From positions 1-64,000 of the IMG/VR virus record IMGVR_UViG_3300020473_001965: a DNA stretch of 64,000 nt; one strand, 5' to 3'. How positions within the stretch are numbered: the stretch's first letter is position 1; every line of letters starts with the position of its first letter. A program made the position numbers and the translations under genes. Below are positions 19,296-29,113 of this stretch, one piece after another. Below the pieces are notes generated by a model, which searched no databases, had not been told where the DNA came from, and was given only the letters and a program-made list of their open reading frames with translations.

Positions 19296-20096
19296 GTGTA
19301 TGATTTTTCAAAAATCAAGAAATTTTTTGTAAGTTTGACAAAGAAAACATTAAGAATTTGTGTACTGGTTTCCTTAGGTATTTTTGTAGTGTACCCTACG
19401 GGAATTAGCACCAAAAGTGAAATATATCAAAAGAGGTCAAATATACCTGAGACAAACAATCCTTTCCCTTTTGATTCGTTCGCATTCATATCAGTTGAGT
19501 CTGAATTATTTTCTGGCAATGAATCAGTTGGAGGAATGACGTCTAGCGCATCAGGTATTGTCGTCATGACAAATGATCAAGTCCACACTTACATTTTAAC
19601 AGCTGGTCATGTGTGTGACCCAGCTTATGAGACAAAGGGTGTGTATCCCATCAACATGTCAGCAAAATCAGACGTGTCAGTCTATGACTATTTTGGCAAT
19701 CTTCATGAAACTGAAGTATTAGGTGTAGACTATAATCACGATCTTTGTCTACTGCGATCCCCAGATATCTGGACACCAGGCGTTACGTTGTCTAAGTATC
19801 AATCAAAAATAGGTGAAAAAGTATACGCCATCTCTGCTCCACACTCAATATTTTCTCCTGGAAATGCGTTGCTGTTTGACGGATATTTTACAGGTTTTGA
19901 CCCTGGAAATAATGCCTTCTATACAATTCCAACAAAACCAGGAAGTTCTGGTGCGGGAGTCTTGAATGACAGCGGAGAGTTAATAGGAATAATTCACAGC
20001 GCTCCGGGTTCATTTGAAAATCTTGCAATAGCCTCGTCGATCAAAAATGTAAAGTACTTCTTATTTGAATACGTCAACCCAGTAGTGACTTTCTAG
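19296..20096 (+). CDS. Trypsin-like serine protease, membrane-anchored
   Basis: LTAGHVC, DLCLL, PGSSG catalytic triad. Confidence 0.85.
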   Translation: MYDFSKIKKFFVSLTKKTLRICVLVSLGIFVVYPTGISTKSEIYQKRSNIPETNNPFPFDSFAFISVESELFSGNESVGGMTSSASGIVVMTNDQVHTYILTAGHVCDPAYETKGVYPINMSAKSDVSVYDYFGNLHETEVLGVDYNHDLCLLRSPDIWTPGVTLSKYQSKIGEKVYAISAPHSIFSPGNALLFDGYFTGFDPGNNAFYTIPTKPGSSGAGVLNDSGELIGIIHSAPGSFENLAIASSIKNVKYFLFEYVNPVVTF

Positions 20097-20340
20097 ACCT
20101 TTTAGGTTTTTCAAAGCTGCATTTTTCTAAAAGGGCAATTCGCTGTCCACGCTCAATGGTCATGATTTGAACGCACGGGCCCCATTTTTCATCTATAAAA
20201 AAACCAGTAATTTTACCGGACAGTACAGTGCCGCCATAAGCTTCGAACCATATCTCATCAAGGAGCTTAAAACCCTCCATTTCTTCGATAGCGTCTTTCT
20301 TCACTACCTCTTTAACTGTTTTCTTCTTTTTACGTGCCAT
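20074..20340 (-). CDS. Basic hypothetical protein
   Basis: ORF coupled to the dnaJ stop. Confidence 0.6.
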   Translation of the reverse strand: MARKKKKTVKEVVKKDAIEEMEGFKLLDEIWFEAYGGTVLSGKITGFFIDEKWGPCVQIMTIERGQRIALLEKCSFEKPKRSRKSLLG

Positions 20341-21361
20341 GATCTTTTAACTTTTTGATTAATTCAGTACATGAATCCGATAAATTAGTAGGTACTGCAA
20401 TCCCCACCTTGACATATAGGTTTCCCGGGGCAGTTTTCATTCCCGGCATTCCCTTTCCACGAATCTCAAATACTTTTTCACCTTTAGTTCCCTTTTTTAT
20501 CTTTATAGTTTCTTTACCCCACAAAGAATCAACGTTGATCTCTCCCCCAAGTACAAATGTTGAAAATGGTGCAGTTGTCTTTGAGTAAAGATCCTTTCCT
20601 TCTCTTTCAAATGATTTGTGCTGAGCTATTCTTATAACAACGTATGCATCCCCCGGCACTCGAGAAAGATTAACATGGTCTCCCTTCCCTGATATTCTGA
20701 GCCTATTTCCTTCCATCACACCAGGCGGAATATTGACATTAACGATATCAGTTTTTCTTTTGAACGCAGAGCCATTACATGATGAACATGGGTTAGTGAT
20801 TACCTGACCTAATCCATGACATGCCGGGCAAGTCTGATTAAAAACCATGAAGCCTTGTTGTACTCCAACACGACCAGATCCGTTACACTGTCGACAATCT
20901 TCCGGTTTTGAACCTGCTGGATGTCCTCTACCGTCACAGGTATCACATGCGATTGATCGCTGTATTTTTACCTTTCTCATCCCGCCAAAAGCTGCTTCTT
21001 CTAGAAGAATGGTTTTCTCTGCTAAAACATCGCCATTTCTAAAATCTTGACGGGTTTCTTGTGCACGGCGCCTCGCATCTCCAAACCCTCTGCCAAAAAA
21101 ATCACCAAAATGAGAAAAAATATCTTCAAAACCGTGAAATTCATGAGCACTGCCGCCACCACTGTCGTAGTGAGCCCTCTTTTTAGGATCAGACAGTACT
21201 GAATAGGCTTCTGATACTTCTTTAAATTTTGTTTCTGCCGTACTATCCCCGGGATTTTTGTCAGGATGGTACTTTAGAGCGAGTTTCCTATAAGCTTTCT
21301 TGATAGTGGTTTGATCAGCATCTTTTCCAACACCTAATATGTCATATAAATCATTTTTCAT
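20330..21361 (-). CDS. dnaJ: DnaJ chaperone
   Basis: J-domain HPD, G/F linker, four CxxCxGxG-type repeats. Confidence 0.95.
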   Translation of the reverse strand: MKNDLYDILGVGKDADQTTIKKAYRKLALKYHPDKNPGDSTAETKFKEVSEAYSVLSDPKKRAHYDSGGGSAHEFHGFEDIFSHFGDFFGRGFGDARRRAQETRQDFRNGDVLAEKTILLEEAAFGGMRKVKIQRSIACDTCDGRGHPAGSKPEDCRQCNGSGRVGVQQGFMVFNQTCPACHGLGQVITNPCSSCNGSAFKRKTDIVNVNIPPGVMEGNRLRISGKGDHVNLSRVPGDAYVVIRIAQHKSFEREGKDLYSKTTAPFSTFVLGGEINVDSLWGKETIKIKKGTKGEKVFEIRGKGMPGMKTAPGNLYVKVGIAVPTNLSDSCTELIKKLKDHGT

Positions 21362-21788
21362 CGACTTTAAATTTTTGGATCACGAAGTCTCTGACCATTG
21401 ATTTTCTAGATGCTTTCTGATATCTATCAGGATCGCTACCAGGAGGGCCAAACCACAAATTAAGCTCATATTGAGACACCCTCATGTCTTTCTCTAAACT
21501 ACTTCTTAGTTTTCTATGAATCTTTCTAAATTTTCTCTTTATTTTCCTGCATTCATCATAGGAAAGGTTGGAAAAATTTTGATTCAATTCAAAAGTATTA
21601 AGGGTTGGAATAATCCCAAGATTAAGATATTCCAACCCTACTAAAATACTTTTAGCATTTCTATCACTCATTAGCCTGTTCATCTCCCTTAAAACTGTTC
21701 CTGAACTATCCAAAACAGAAAGAATTGCTAACTTTAATAGAACCTCACCTAACATTTCTCCCGAAGGGTGGTTACTAAGACCAGTCAT
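21351..21788 (-). CDS. Hypothetical protein
   Basis: ORF overlapping the dnaJ start. Confidence 0.55.
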   Translation of the reverse strand: MTGLSNHPSGEMLGEVLLKLAILSVLDSSGTVLREMNRLMSDRNAKSILVGLEYLNLGIIPTLNTFELNQNFSNLSYDECRKIKRKFRKIHRKLRSSLEKDMRVSQYELNLWFGPPGSDPDRYQKASRKSMVRDFVIQKFKVDEK

Positions 21789-21847
21789 CTTTTCACCTTA
21801 CTTACTAGTCGTTATCAATTACGTTTGTAATCGATAATGAATTATAT

Positions 21848-22099
21848 CTACAGTGTGGTTTTCTGTATAAGAGGGATTTTATTATTTTTTATTTCTCTAA
21901 TCACAAAAGGTTTCATTGTTTTAATAACATCAGGCTTTGTGAAATTAACAGAGTTAGGTGCTTCTAAATCCTCGCACCTGTCTTGCGTCCCGTATTCCAC
22001 ATGAGCGATTTGAGAAGGTGCTTCACTACCTGCGGAAAAAGATGAGTAAGATGTAAGTAAGCCTATCAGACAAGCAGTAATAATAATATAGCGCTGCAT
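21848..22099 (-). CDS. Hypothetical secreted protein
   Basis: Signal-peptide-like N-terminus. Confidence 0.5.
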   Translation of the reverse strand: MQRYIIITACLIGLLTSYSSFSAGSEAPSQIAHVEYGTQDRCEDLEAPNSVNFTKPDVIKTMKPFVIREIKNNKIPLIQKTTL

Positions 22100-22133
22100 T
22101 TTGCTATTCCTATTTTTTACGTCTTAAGTATTA

Positions 22134-23627
22134 CTATTGAGGAATAATTTCTACATCTTGGGAAAACTTTTTTCTCTGGTAAATCTGAGCTTGATTTTTC
22201 ATCCAAAAATTTGCCTCTTCCCCATTTTGAAATTCTTTTTCAAAAACTTCTTCCCATTCATCAGTCGCTTTATTGTATTCTTCTATGACAACGTAAGTAA
22301 TTCCGGAACCTATGTGAACATGGGAAGACACACGAAACCCTTCTTGCTCCATCACATCCATGGGATCCATGTTCGGCGTGTGATACGACCTCCCGGGCTC
22401 TTCTTTAATGATGCCCTCGTCCAACCAAGCGTCCCTCTTTTTCATGATATCAGTAAGTTCCCTATTCCACGGCCCATCAGTTCCAGACATTGTGCACTTC
22501 GTCAAGACCTCTTCGGCTGTGAACTCTTCGACAACCTCTGGCTGAAACATGTCATAGTAGACGTCTTTCGGTATACCGTCGGGTTTTGTTATCTTTGTCT
22601 GGTCATCTAAAACCATATCACCCATCTCAACCCACGCATGGACAATCGGTTTGGGTGGCTTCTCCCACTTGTCTGTTACCTTTCCGTGAACGACCTTAAA
22701 CTTGCTCAAATCATTAAGATCGGGATGTTTTACTCCGTCGCCTTCAGGGTCATCTGGCCTTGTATAGTGTTGTTCAAACCACATCTCAGCTTTTTGAACT
22801 GTAAAGGGGAAACATTGACCTATAGCAATTACATTTTCTCGAAGAAGTGCTCTTACCATTTCTCGAGTTGCATTTTCTTTAAGATGTTTTTTCAATAGAG
22901 TTAAAAGCTCTTCATCTTTCACTGCATATGCTCTCGGCCCGCCCGCGGCAGCTTCAATAGCCTCGATAGCTTTGCGCTGCTCATCAGCTGTAAGCATTTT
23001 AATTACATCTTCAGGGTGTTGTGTTGCTCTTAGCCCCCCGAGATTAAATGCATTTTGACGCCTTTCCCATGCAGCCATTTCTTCATCAGAAAGCCATGAA
23101 GGTCGAGTTGCCTTTCTTGTTCTGCCTCGGCCAAAACTTGAATCGTCAATTTGATCCCAAAGCTCATCTCTGTCCATGCTCTTGCCCAAGAATTCAATTT
23201 CCTTTCCCGCTTCGTTCCACACTTCCTCAGGGATTAGAACTTCAGAGCCACTGTCATACCTATGAATGCCACCTGACTTTTCTATAACCCAGTGCGGTAC
23301 CTTATAAGCATACACATTTCCCGATCTTCCATGATTCATCGCGATATCAACTGGGTTAGGAGTTAAGAAAACACCAGACTTAACTGGGTTGTCAAGCCAA
23401 TGTCTTTCCCAAACATCAGTCCCAGGAACGGTTACCATATCGCCCGTTCTTTCTCCAGTATCCGGATCTACGGCGTCACGATCCCACATTCGAAGGTAAG
23501 ACATTTTAGTTTGAGGTCTCGCGGGCCGCTTATTAATATGGTATAAGACTCTTTTAGTTTTATCGTTACGACCGGTTCGTTCACTAAGAACTTGTCTAAT
23601 GTACTCGTGAAGGAGATTCACTTGCAA
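22134..23627 (-). CDS. Multidomain putative virion-internal protein (ART-like plus Cys-His-Asp domain)
   Basis: LLHEYIRQVLSE motif; LYH..GVFLT..EVLIP; internal REMVRALLRE; GQCF..HAWVE..D. Confidence 0.6.
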   Translation of the reverse strand: MQVNLLHEYIRQVLSERTGRNDKTKRVLYHINKRPARPQTKMSYLRMWDRDAVDPDTGERTGDMVTVPGTDVWERHWLDNPVKSGVFLTPNPVDIAMNHGRSGNVYAYKVPHWVIEKSGGIHRYDSGSEVLIPEEVWNEAGKEIEFLGKSMDRDELWDQIDDSSFGRGRTRKATRPSWLSDEEMAAWERRQNAFNLGGLRATQHPEDVIKMLTADEQRKAIEAIEAAAGGPRAYAVKDEELLTLLKKHLKENATREMVRALLRENVIAIGQCFPFTVQKAEMWFEQHYTRPDDPEGDGVKHPDLNDLSKFKVVHGKVTDKWEKPPKPIVHAWVEMGDMVLDDQTKITKPDGIPKDVYYDMFQPEVVEEFTAEEVLTKCTMSGTDGPWNRELTDIMKKRDAWLDEGIIKEEPGRSYHTPNMDPMDVMEQEGFRVSSHVHIGSGITYVVIEEYNKATDEWEEVFEKEFQNGEEANFWMKNQAQIYQRKKFSQDVEIIPQ

Positions 23628-24187
23628 TCTCCTGCCTTAACTAAGTCTTCAACACCATCAGCATCCCAGATACAACCAGATGCCACATCCCACCCGTAAT
23701 ACCACATAACATCTCTTTTCTTATGTAAGTAAGGGCAAATCTCTATACCTGAGTATGCTTCAGCCACTTTCGGCCAATCAATCAGGTCTTCTTCTCTATC
23801 GTCAGGAAATACGGGATGAGGAACACTATATTTTTTAACAAACTTGTCAAAGTAATACTCGTCTGTTATGTGAAGTATATTGTATCCTTTATCTTTAAGT
23901 ATGACGTTATAAGTCCCGTCATATTTGCTGTATCCGTCTGACAGTCCTGTTTCACAAAAAGCCTTCCAGTCCATTGCACTTCCGTCCTGGCACTCGTACC
24001 ATAAGCCGTTTGGTTTTCTATCTACCTTTTGAGTAAATCCTGATATTTGCGGTTTGTCATCTACCCGAGTGCCCGGGCGACTATGATGTATTCTAAGCTT
24101 GTCTTTAGCGTAGATTGGAAATCCTTCCAGGAGAATGCTTCTTACAAATTCACGGATTAGAGCCTTTTGTTTCTTCTGAATTGTCAC
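23618..24187 (-). CDS. Phage protein with LIREFVRSILLE motif and KPNGLW..WDVASGCIWD domain
   Basis: Motifs read directly. Confidence 0.65.
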   Translation of the reverse strand: MTIQKKQKALIREFVRSILLEGFPIYAKDKLRIHHSRPGTRVDDKPQISGFTQKVDRKPNGLWYECQDGSAMDWKAFCETGLSDGYSKYDGTYNVILKDKGYNILHITDEYYFDKFVKKYSVPHPVFPDDREEDLIDWPKVAEAYSGIEICPYLHKKRDVMWYYGWDVASGCIWDADGVEDLVKAGDCK

Positions 24188-24542
24188 TTCTTTTCCGTCT
24201 CCTGTCTAGTTTTTTCTTCAATCTTTTAAGATTTTTAATATCGTCTTCTTGAATTTCAAGGGTAATAGGCTTTTCCCACTCAATAAGACGGTTATTAATA
24301 ATATCTATTTTCCTTTCTGTAATATAATTCTTCCAGGCGATCCATAAAAGAAAAATAATAGCATAAAAGTCATAGATGTTAGCATCTAGTCTCGGACCGA
24401 TTCTGGCGTTGACGAAGACAAAAGGAACCAGCCAAGCCATCGCCCAGGCGACTATTCCTACCTTGATAGCAGATGCTACAGGTTTCGCTAGGGCTCTCAA
24501 AGCCCCGGCGACGGATTGGAGACGAGAAGACCAGGGACGCAT
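24150..24542 (-). CDS. Membrane protein
   Basis: Two TM segments and a basic tail. Confidence 0.6.
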   Translation of the reverse strand: MRPWSSRLQSVAGALRALAKPVASAIKVGIVAWAMAWLVPFVFVNARIGPRLDANIYDFYAIIFLLWIAWKNYITERKIDIINNRLIEWEKPITLEIQEDDIKNLKRLKKKLDRRRKRSDNSEETKGSNP

Positions 24543-24606
24543 GTCTATAAATATAAATGTTTCTAGGATTTTATCTGTAAGCTAGAAAATTAATTTATGG
24601 GTGGAT

Positions 24607-24641
24607 AAAAGGAAAAGGATCCCCAAAACAACAGGGATCCT
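24607..24641 (-). terminator. Intrinsic terminator
   Basis: GGATCCC stem plus U-runs on the minus strand. Confidence 0.55.
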
Positions 24642-24670
24642 CCAGGAGTCTTCTAGATATACTCTAGAGT

Positions 24671-25552
24671 CTATTCGACGTCAAACATGTCGGACAGGGA
24701 TAAAGTTGAATATTTTCCGGTCTTTCGAGCCTTCTTCACGGCCCTCTCTACGCTAGCGTTCGCGCGAGAAGCCATCGGAGCAGGTGCAGATTCTTGTTTA
24801 ACAACCTTCACGTTAAGTGGGCTCATGTCATGGGCAGCCTCTTGACCCTCTTTCTCTTGAGCGCGGTCCATTCTAGGAATTAAGTGCTTAAAAACCTTCT
24901 GGACTAGCTGTTCTGCCTGGACAAGATAGATCTGGACCCATTCAGGTAGATCGTCTTCATCGTGCAAGTGAGCACCCAGCAGACCTGAAAGATAATGGAT
25001 TAACATTAATTGATCACGAGCGTACTGGCCTTCGTGAGCATCGGACTTCTGGTCACCATAATCGAGCATCATCCCTTCCCCGGGGATAGACGATGTCGGC
25101 TTTGATCCACACCCACATGCCTCGAGGATCGCCCGAGATGTAACACCCTCACTAGTTGGAATCAATGATAGAACATCATCTACCATTCTTTGCGCTTCGT
25201 CTTCGGAAACACCCATGTTCAAAAGATATCTCATGAGTTGTGTAAGCTCTTGAGTAGTATCTGGGATATTGCTAAGGTCGCCTCGCTCTACACCTCTAGC
25301 ATCCGCAGGTTCTTGATCTTCGCGCCGTGCCGGATCTTTGTATGGTAGCTTATAAGCTTGCTTACGGGTCTTTCGCGCGAGCTGCCCTGTTTCAGCAACG
25401 ATAGAGCTGCTTTTTTCCGCTAGCGTTCGAGATTCGGGCTCTCTCGCGTCCTCATTGAGGTCGCTCGAATCGCCCTTGGACTGGTCAATTCCTGTTTCAT
25501 TAAAATCTCGCCAGCCATTCCAAAGATCATACGAAGAAATCTTCTTAGTCAT
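24671..25552 (-). CDS. Putative virion protein with C-terminal DxDxLPEWVQ domain
   Basis: Paralogous domain shared with 25545-26339. Confidence 0.65.
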   Translation of the reverse strand: MTKKISSYDLWNGWRDFNETGIDQSKGDSSDLNEDAREPESRTLAEKSSSIVAETGQLARKTRKQAYKLPYKDPARREDQEPADARGVERGDLSNIPDTTQELTQLMRYLLNMGVSEDEAQRMVDDVLSLIPTSEGVTSRAILEACGCGSKPTSSIPGEGMMLDYGDQKSDAHEGQYARDQLMLIHYLSGLLGAHLHDEDDLPEWVQIYLVQAEQLVQKVFKHLIPRMDRAQEKEGQEAAHDMSPLNVKVVKQESAPAPMASRANASVERAVKKARKTGKYSTLSLSDMFDVE

Positions 25553-26339
25553 TGTCTAGCTCCAGCTCACCATCTTCTGGTTTGACAATTTTATACTCAA
25601 GATGATGCTTCACCTTGCCGATCGCATCAGAGATGATTGCAATTTTAGATTGGCACCACTCGGGGATCTCATCTTCATCCTCTAGCATATTCCAGAGGTC
25701 AACACCGTATTCAGCTATCTTATAGAGTTGTTGGCGTGTCATACGAGACTTACCACCGTTGCCGAGCTTTCTTCCACCTTCGTCAGGTCCCATGCCGTCG
25801 CCGTCATGGTCAGGTTTAGCACCTTGGACTTTTGTAATAACACCGTGAGGAGGCTCCTCAGGAAGCATTTGAGGTAACTCCTCTCCGGGTTGCTCACTAT
25901 GTCCGCCACAAGCTTCAATCAGCTTAAGAAGCTCACTTCTATCCATTTTTCTTGTCATTTTCTTCCCCTCATTAGGTCGAAGTGCTCGATGAGCCATGTA
26001 TAGGTCATCCGAAGCCGCTTCGGGCCCGATTGACTCGAGAAATCCCACTAGAACTTGGTGGGAAGACATACCGCTTGGGTCTTCGTCGACAGCAATTGCT
26101 TCAAGCTTTTTATCGAATTCTCCAGTAGCATACACATCATTTCGCAGGAGGTCAAGAATGTGATCAGCAACTTGATTTGGAGTTTTCGCCCGTTGACCAA
26201 AGACTCTACCGAGCTCATATCGAAGACTATAGTAGCTTGTCTCTACATTAGGGTCAAGCATAATGTTCTCATTCATCTCCGCAGATATCTCTAAGATCAT
26301 TCTACGTAGCTGTTTTGCTTCGAAGTGGTCAGTAGGCAT
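25545..26339 (-). CDS. Putative virion protein with C-terminal DEDEIPEWCQSKI domain
   Basis: QLRRMILE N-motif; paralogue of the neighbour. Confidence 0.65.
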   Translation of the reverse strand: MPTDHFEAKQLRRMILEISAEMNENIMLDPNVETSYYSLRYELGRVFGQRAKTPNQVADHILDLLRNDVYATGEFDKKLEAIAVDEDPSGMSSHQVLVGFLESIGPEAASDDLYMAHRALRPNEGKKMTRKMDRSELLKLIEACGGHSEQPGEELPQMLPEEPPHGVITKVQGAKPDHDGDGMGPDEGGRKLGNGGKSRMTRQQLYKIAEYGVDLWNMLEDEDEIPEWCQSKIAIISDAIGKVKHHLEYKIVKPEDGELELDND

Positions 26340-26344
26340 TGATT

Positions 26345-26911
26345 CTAGTCCTCTAGAATACCAGCAAGCTTAGCGAGACGACGGTTATTGAATGATTCTT
26401 GAACGGGTTGACGTCCTTCCTCTTCTTCCGCAGCTTCGATGTGACCAGCCATCTCACTAGTAAGCGATTGTGTCTCTTCAAGTGCCTCTACTGTTGGACG
26501 ATTCGGTTCGGTACCGGTTTGAGTATAAACTTCTTCAGCTTCACCCATGCGACCCACATTAATGTTGTCATGCCATGTTTCGCCGGCCTCAGCTCCACCG
26601 CGGAGGGCAGCAAGGACTTGCTCAATGCTGGCTCTTCCAGATTGAACAGCATTTCTCAAAGTTTCCAGAGCAGCATCAAAGCTGTCATCAGCCGCCGCGC
26701 GACCTTCAGGAGATCCGTACTGGCCTACGCCCTCTTCGACTTCGTCGACTTCATCAAGCTCTTCATTTTCAAAATAAGATTCTTCAACTTCGTCGAGGTC
26801 TTCATCCTCTTCAGTTTCAGCATATTCTTCAGATTCGGTAAGCGTCTCTCCACGAACAGCCTTAAGCTCTTCGAGGATCATCGCTCTCAGGTCCTTATTG
26901 GTAATTTTCAT
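26345..26911 (-). CDS. Very acidic putative head-core/scaffold-like protein
   Basis: MKITNKDLRAMILEEL start, E/D-rich, RRLAKLAGIL end. Confidence 0.65.
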   Translation of the reverse strand: MKITNKDLRAMILEELKAVRGETLTESEEYAETEEDEDLDEVEESYFENEELDEVDEVEEGVGQYGSPEGRAAADDSFDAALETLRNAVQSGRASIEQVLAALRGGAEAGETWHDNINVGRMGEAEEVYTQTGTEPNRPTVEALEETQSLTSEMAGHIEAAEEEEGRQPVQESFNNRRLAKLAGILED

Positions 26912-27049
26912 TGTTTTGCTTCCTTATAATTTCGAGGCTAAGCCTCATTGTTAAATACCACAAGCTATATTTATCATCTCCGGGGAAACTATTCCCTCCA
27001 GATGCTCATTAACAGCTACTATTTGTGTGATTTTTATAAAAATTTGCGT

Positions 27050-27589
27050 TCAACGACCTTCGCCGCTGCCTCCTTGTGCGTTCAAACCACTACGATCATG
27101 CCAGTCGTAGCTCGTAGCATCGTCAATGATGGGTTCCCCACCAGCGCCGGCAGCCCACGTGTAACAGGTACGAGCGGAATGGCACTTAAAGTGGTGCATC
27201 CAACAGTACCCAAGCGTTTCCCAGCCTCTCCCCTCGTCCATGGCGTCTTTGATCTCGTCCCACGTCATAAGCTCACCAGGCATGCACTCAGACATGCGAG
27301 GCGATATGTCAAACGCGGCACAATTCGAGCACTTCGATTCCTGCGCGGCTTCCGGCGTCGTACTCCAGTGATCCGCTAATCTCTCCCAATAGTCTTTATC
27401 TGAGGGGTTAAGCGGACCATACTGGATGTGCTTAGCCTTGATAGCGCTATCTCGATTCTTCGTATTAAGCTTTAAGTTTTGTGTTGCTGGGGGACACGCG
27501 AAGTCTTTTGCACGCCGCTTTGTATCTTCGACTAAGCGATCCATCTCTTGTTTAATAATAGACCTGAGAAGGTTTGGGCTGAGCTTCAC
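27050..27589 (-). CDS. Cys-rich phage protein
   Basis: MKLSPNLLRSIIKQEM start; CPPATQ, CSNC, YCWMHHFKCHSARTC. Confidence 0.7.
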   Translation of the reverse strand: MKLSPNLLRSIIKQEMDRLVEDTKRRAKDFACPPATQNLKLNTKNRDSAIKAKHIQYGPLNPSDKDYWERLADHWSTTPEAAQESKCSNCAAFDISPRMSECMPGELMTWDEIKDAMDEGRGWETLGYCWMHHFKCHSARTCYTWAAGAGGEPIIDDATSYDWHDRSGLNAQGGSGEGR

Positions 27590-27603
27590 GTTTATCCCCG
27601 TGA

Positions 27604-28266
27604 TTATATCTTTTGGGTGATCGTGTTGTTCTTAAAGTCGCCAGGTCGCACCGTGTCTTCTTTCCCGGAAGCGAGGATCTCTTCTGCGCTAGCGTAGTAC
27701 CTTTCCCCGGTGAGTGATGCGTTCATAGCGCTTTGGAATGAGTCGTACGTGCCGATCGCCTTTGGGAGTACGAAGAGCTGATACTGATCATCGGGCGTGC
27801 CTGGGAATCCCTTTCCTAAGATAACGTTCTGCCCGGATCTGGCAACGCCTCCTAGACCCTTAGGAGAATTAACTAGCCAGATGATAGGCAATTCCTTCTC
27901 CACGCCGTCTACCTTAAGCGTCTTTCCCTCGCTTAGAATGTTACTAATCTCTTCCTTGATGATCTCTCTAATTCTACTCTCTGAAATAAGCATAGTGTTT
28001 CTTCCTTTTAGTTGCTTGTTTTCTTCCTTGACACCTTGGATGAACATCTTAAGGTCTTCTGGATCCATTGGTGGCCTCTCTGCACCTATTAACTCGAGTA
28101 TCTCTGTTCTTATTGCGTCGTAATCTTGACTTCGTTCAATATACGAACCAATTGCAGACTCAAATTCATCCGGGTCTTCGGCATCTAGTCTGTGGAGCTT
28201 CTCTGCCCCGATGTGTCTAACGATGTCTTGTGCACTCATCTGCATGAAGATGTTCCTCCGATACAA
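27604..28266 (-). CDS. Hypothetical protein with internal MLISESRIREIIKEE motif
   Basis: ORF track plus motif. Confidence 0.6.
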   Translation of the reverse strand: MYRRNIFMQMSAQDIVRHIGAEKLHRLDAEDPDEFESAIGSYIERSQDYDAIRTEILELIGAERPPMDPEDLKMFIQGVKEENKQLKGRNTMLISESRIREIIKEEISNILSEGKTLKVDGVEKELPIIWLVNSPKGLGGVARSGQNVILGKGFPGTPDDQYQLFVLPKAIGTYDSFQSAMNASLTGERYYASAEEILASGKEDTVRPGDFKNNTITQKI

Positions 28267-28407
28267 TTAAATATCTCTTTGGTCCCTAAAAATTAATAGG
28301 GAGACCCTATTTTCAAGGGCCTCCCCCACGGAGCGATAATCGAGGTTATTACTAATGGCCGTCCGTATATCTATAATACTGCACCATTAACGCCTGTGTT
28401 AAATAAC

Positions 28408-28434
28408 AAAAAGGGGGACGCCGAAGCGTCCCCC
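28408..28434 (-). terminator. Intrinsic terminator
   Basis: GGGGGACGC-UUCG-GCGUCCCCC hairpin followed by U-run. Confidence 0.85.
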
Positions 28435-28459
28435 GAGTACTAGACTTATCAATTGATGA

Positions 28460-28693
28460 TTAGCCTACTTGAACGTCACCATTGTAGCCGAACTCACTGT
28501 TAAGGAAGCCCTGAAGAGCCTGTGCCTCGCGAACCGTCATGGTGAGAGAGGTCTGGCTCGTGCTATAACCGGTATCCGTTGCTGGATTGGTCGTAATAGT
28601 GAGCGAGTTGCCCCCTGCCTTGTGAGCTGTTGCGTTGCGGGTGATGCCAAAGCTGAAGCGCTTGGTAGACTTAGTCTTAGTGTAATTACTCAT
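28460..28693 (-). CDS. Small hypothetical protein with own promoter and terminator
   Basis: AGGAG RBS; flanking signals. Confidence 0.7.
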   Translation of the reverse strand: MSNYTKTKSTKRFSFGITRNATAHKAGGNSLTITTNPATDTGYSTSQTSLTMTVREAQALQGFLNSEFGYNGDVQVG

Positions 28694-28780
28694 GTGTTCA
28701 TTTTCTCCTAAATTGTTGAACGTTGTGTCGGTATTTTCCGAACTCTGTAATACTACTGCAACGGGTCACCGTGTACAACT

Positions 28781-28910
28781 AAAAAGTTTTCGAAATTTTC
28801 TCCGGAAGAAATTTTTGAGTTTTACTTTTTTCCATTTTGAATAGCGCAGCTATTTTAGCTCTCTTCGTTGAAGGGGTAAAAAGTTTTCGGCAAGTTCTCC
28901 GGAAAAAAAT
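28781..28910. repeat. Imperfect direct repeat AAAAAGTTTTCG..TTCTCCGGAA(G/A)AAAT (x2)
   Basis: Copies at 28781 and 28878. Confidence 0.75.
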
Positions 28911-28920
28911 GCGTAGACTT

Positions 28921-29113
28921 AGGCCCATCCCAGGGGGTACCCCCCGACTGAATACGGGGGCTGGGGGGCCCCGCCCTCTGGGGCCGGGGGCCCTAGGCTC
29001 TAGATAGGGGGGCCTGGGGTAGGGCGCCCTAGGTCTGCACGGGTAGGGGCCCCCGGGGCTATGGTAGGGGCGCCCTTACTGTCACCGGTCATGTAGATGG
29101 GGCGCGCCCTAGG
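28921..29113. repeat. G-run and palindrome-rich block (GGGGGTACCCCC, TAGGGCGCCCTAGG variants); candidate genome terminus or packaging signal
   Basis: Non-coding, extremely GC-rich, repeated palindromes. Confidence 0.6.

Noticed and set aside
1-21800. Bacterial chromosome or prophage-host boundary (def, dnaJ, greA, ssrA, prkA)
   Set aside because: The genes lack their normal operon partners (fmt, dnaK/grpE, smpB), are interleaved with a tail-fibre-like gene, and share promoter motifs with the phage-like remainder.
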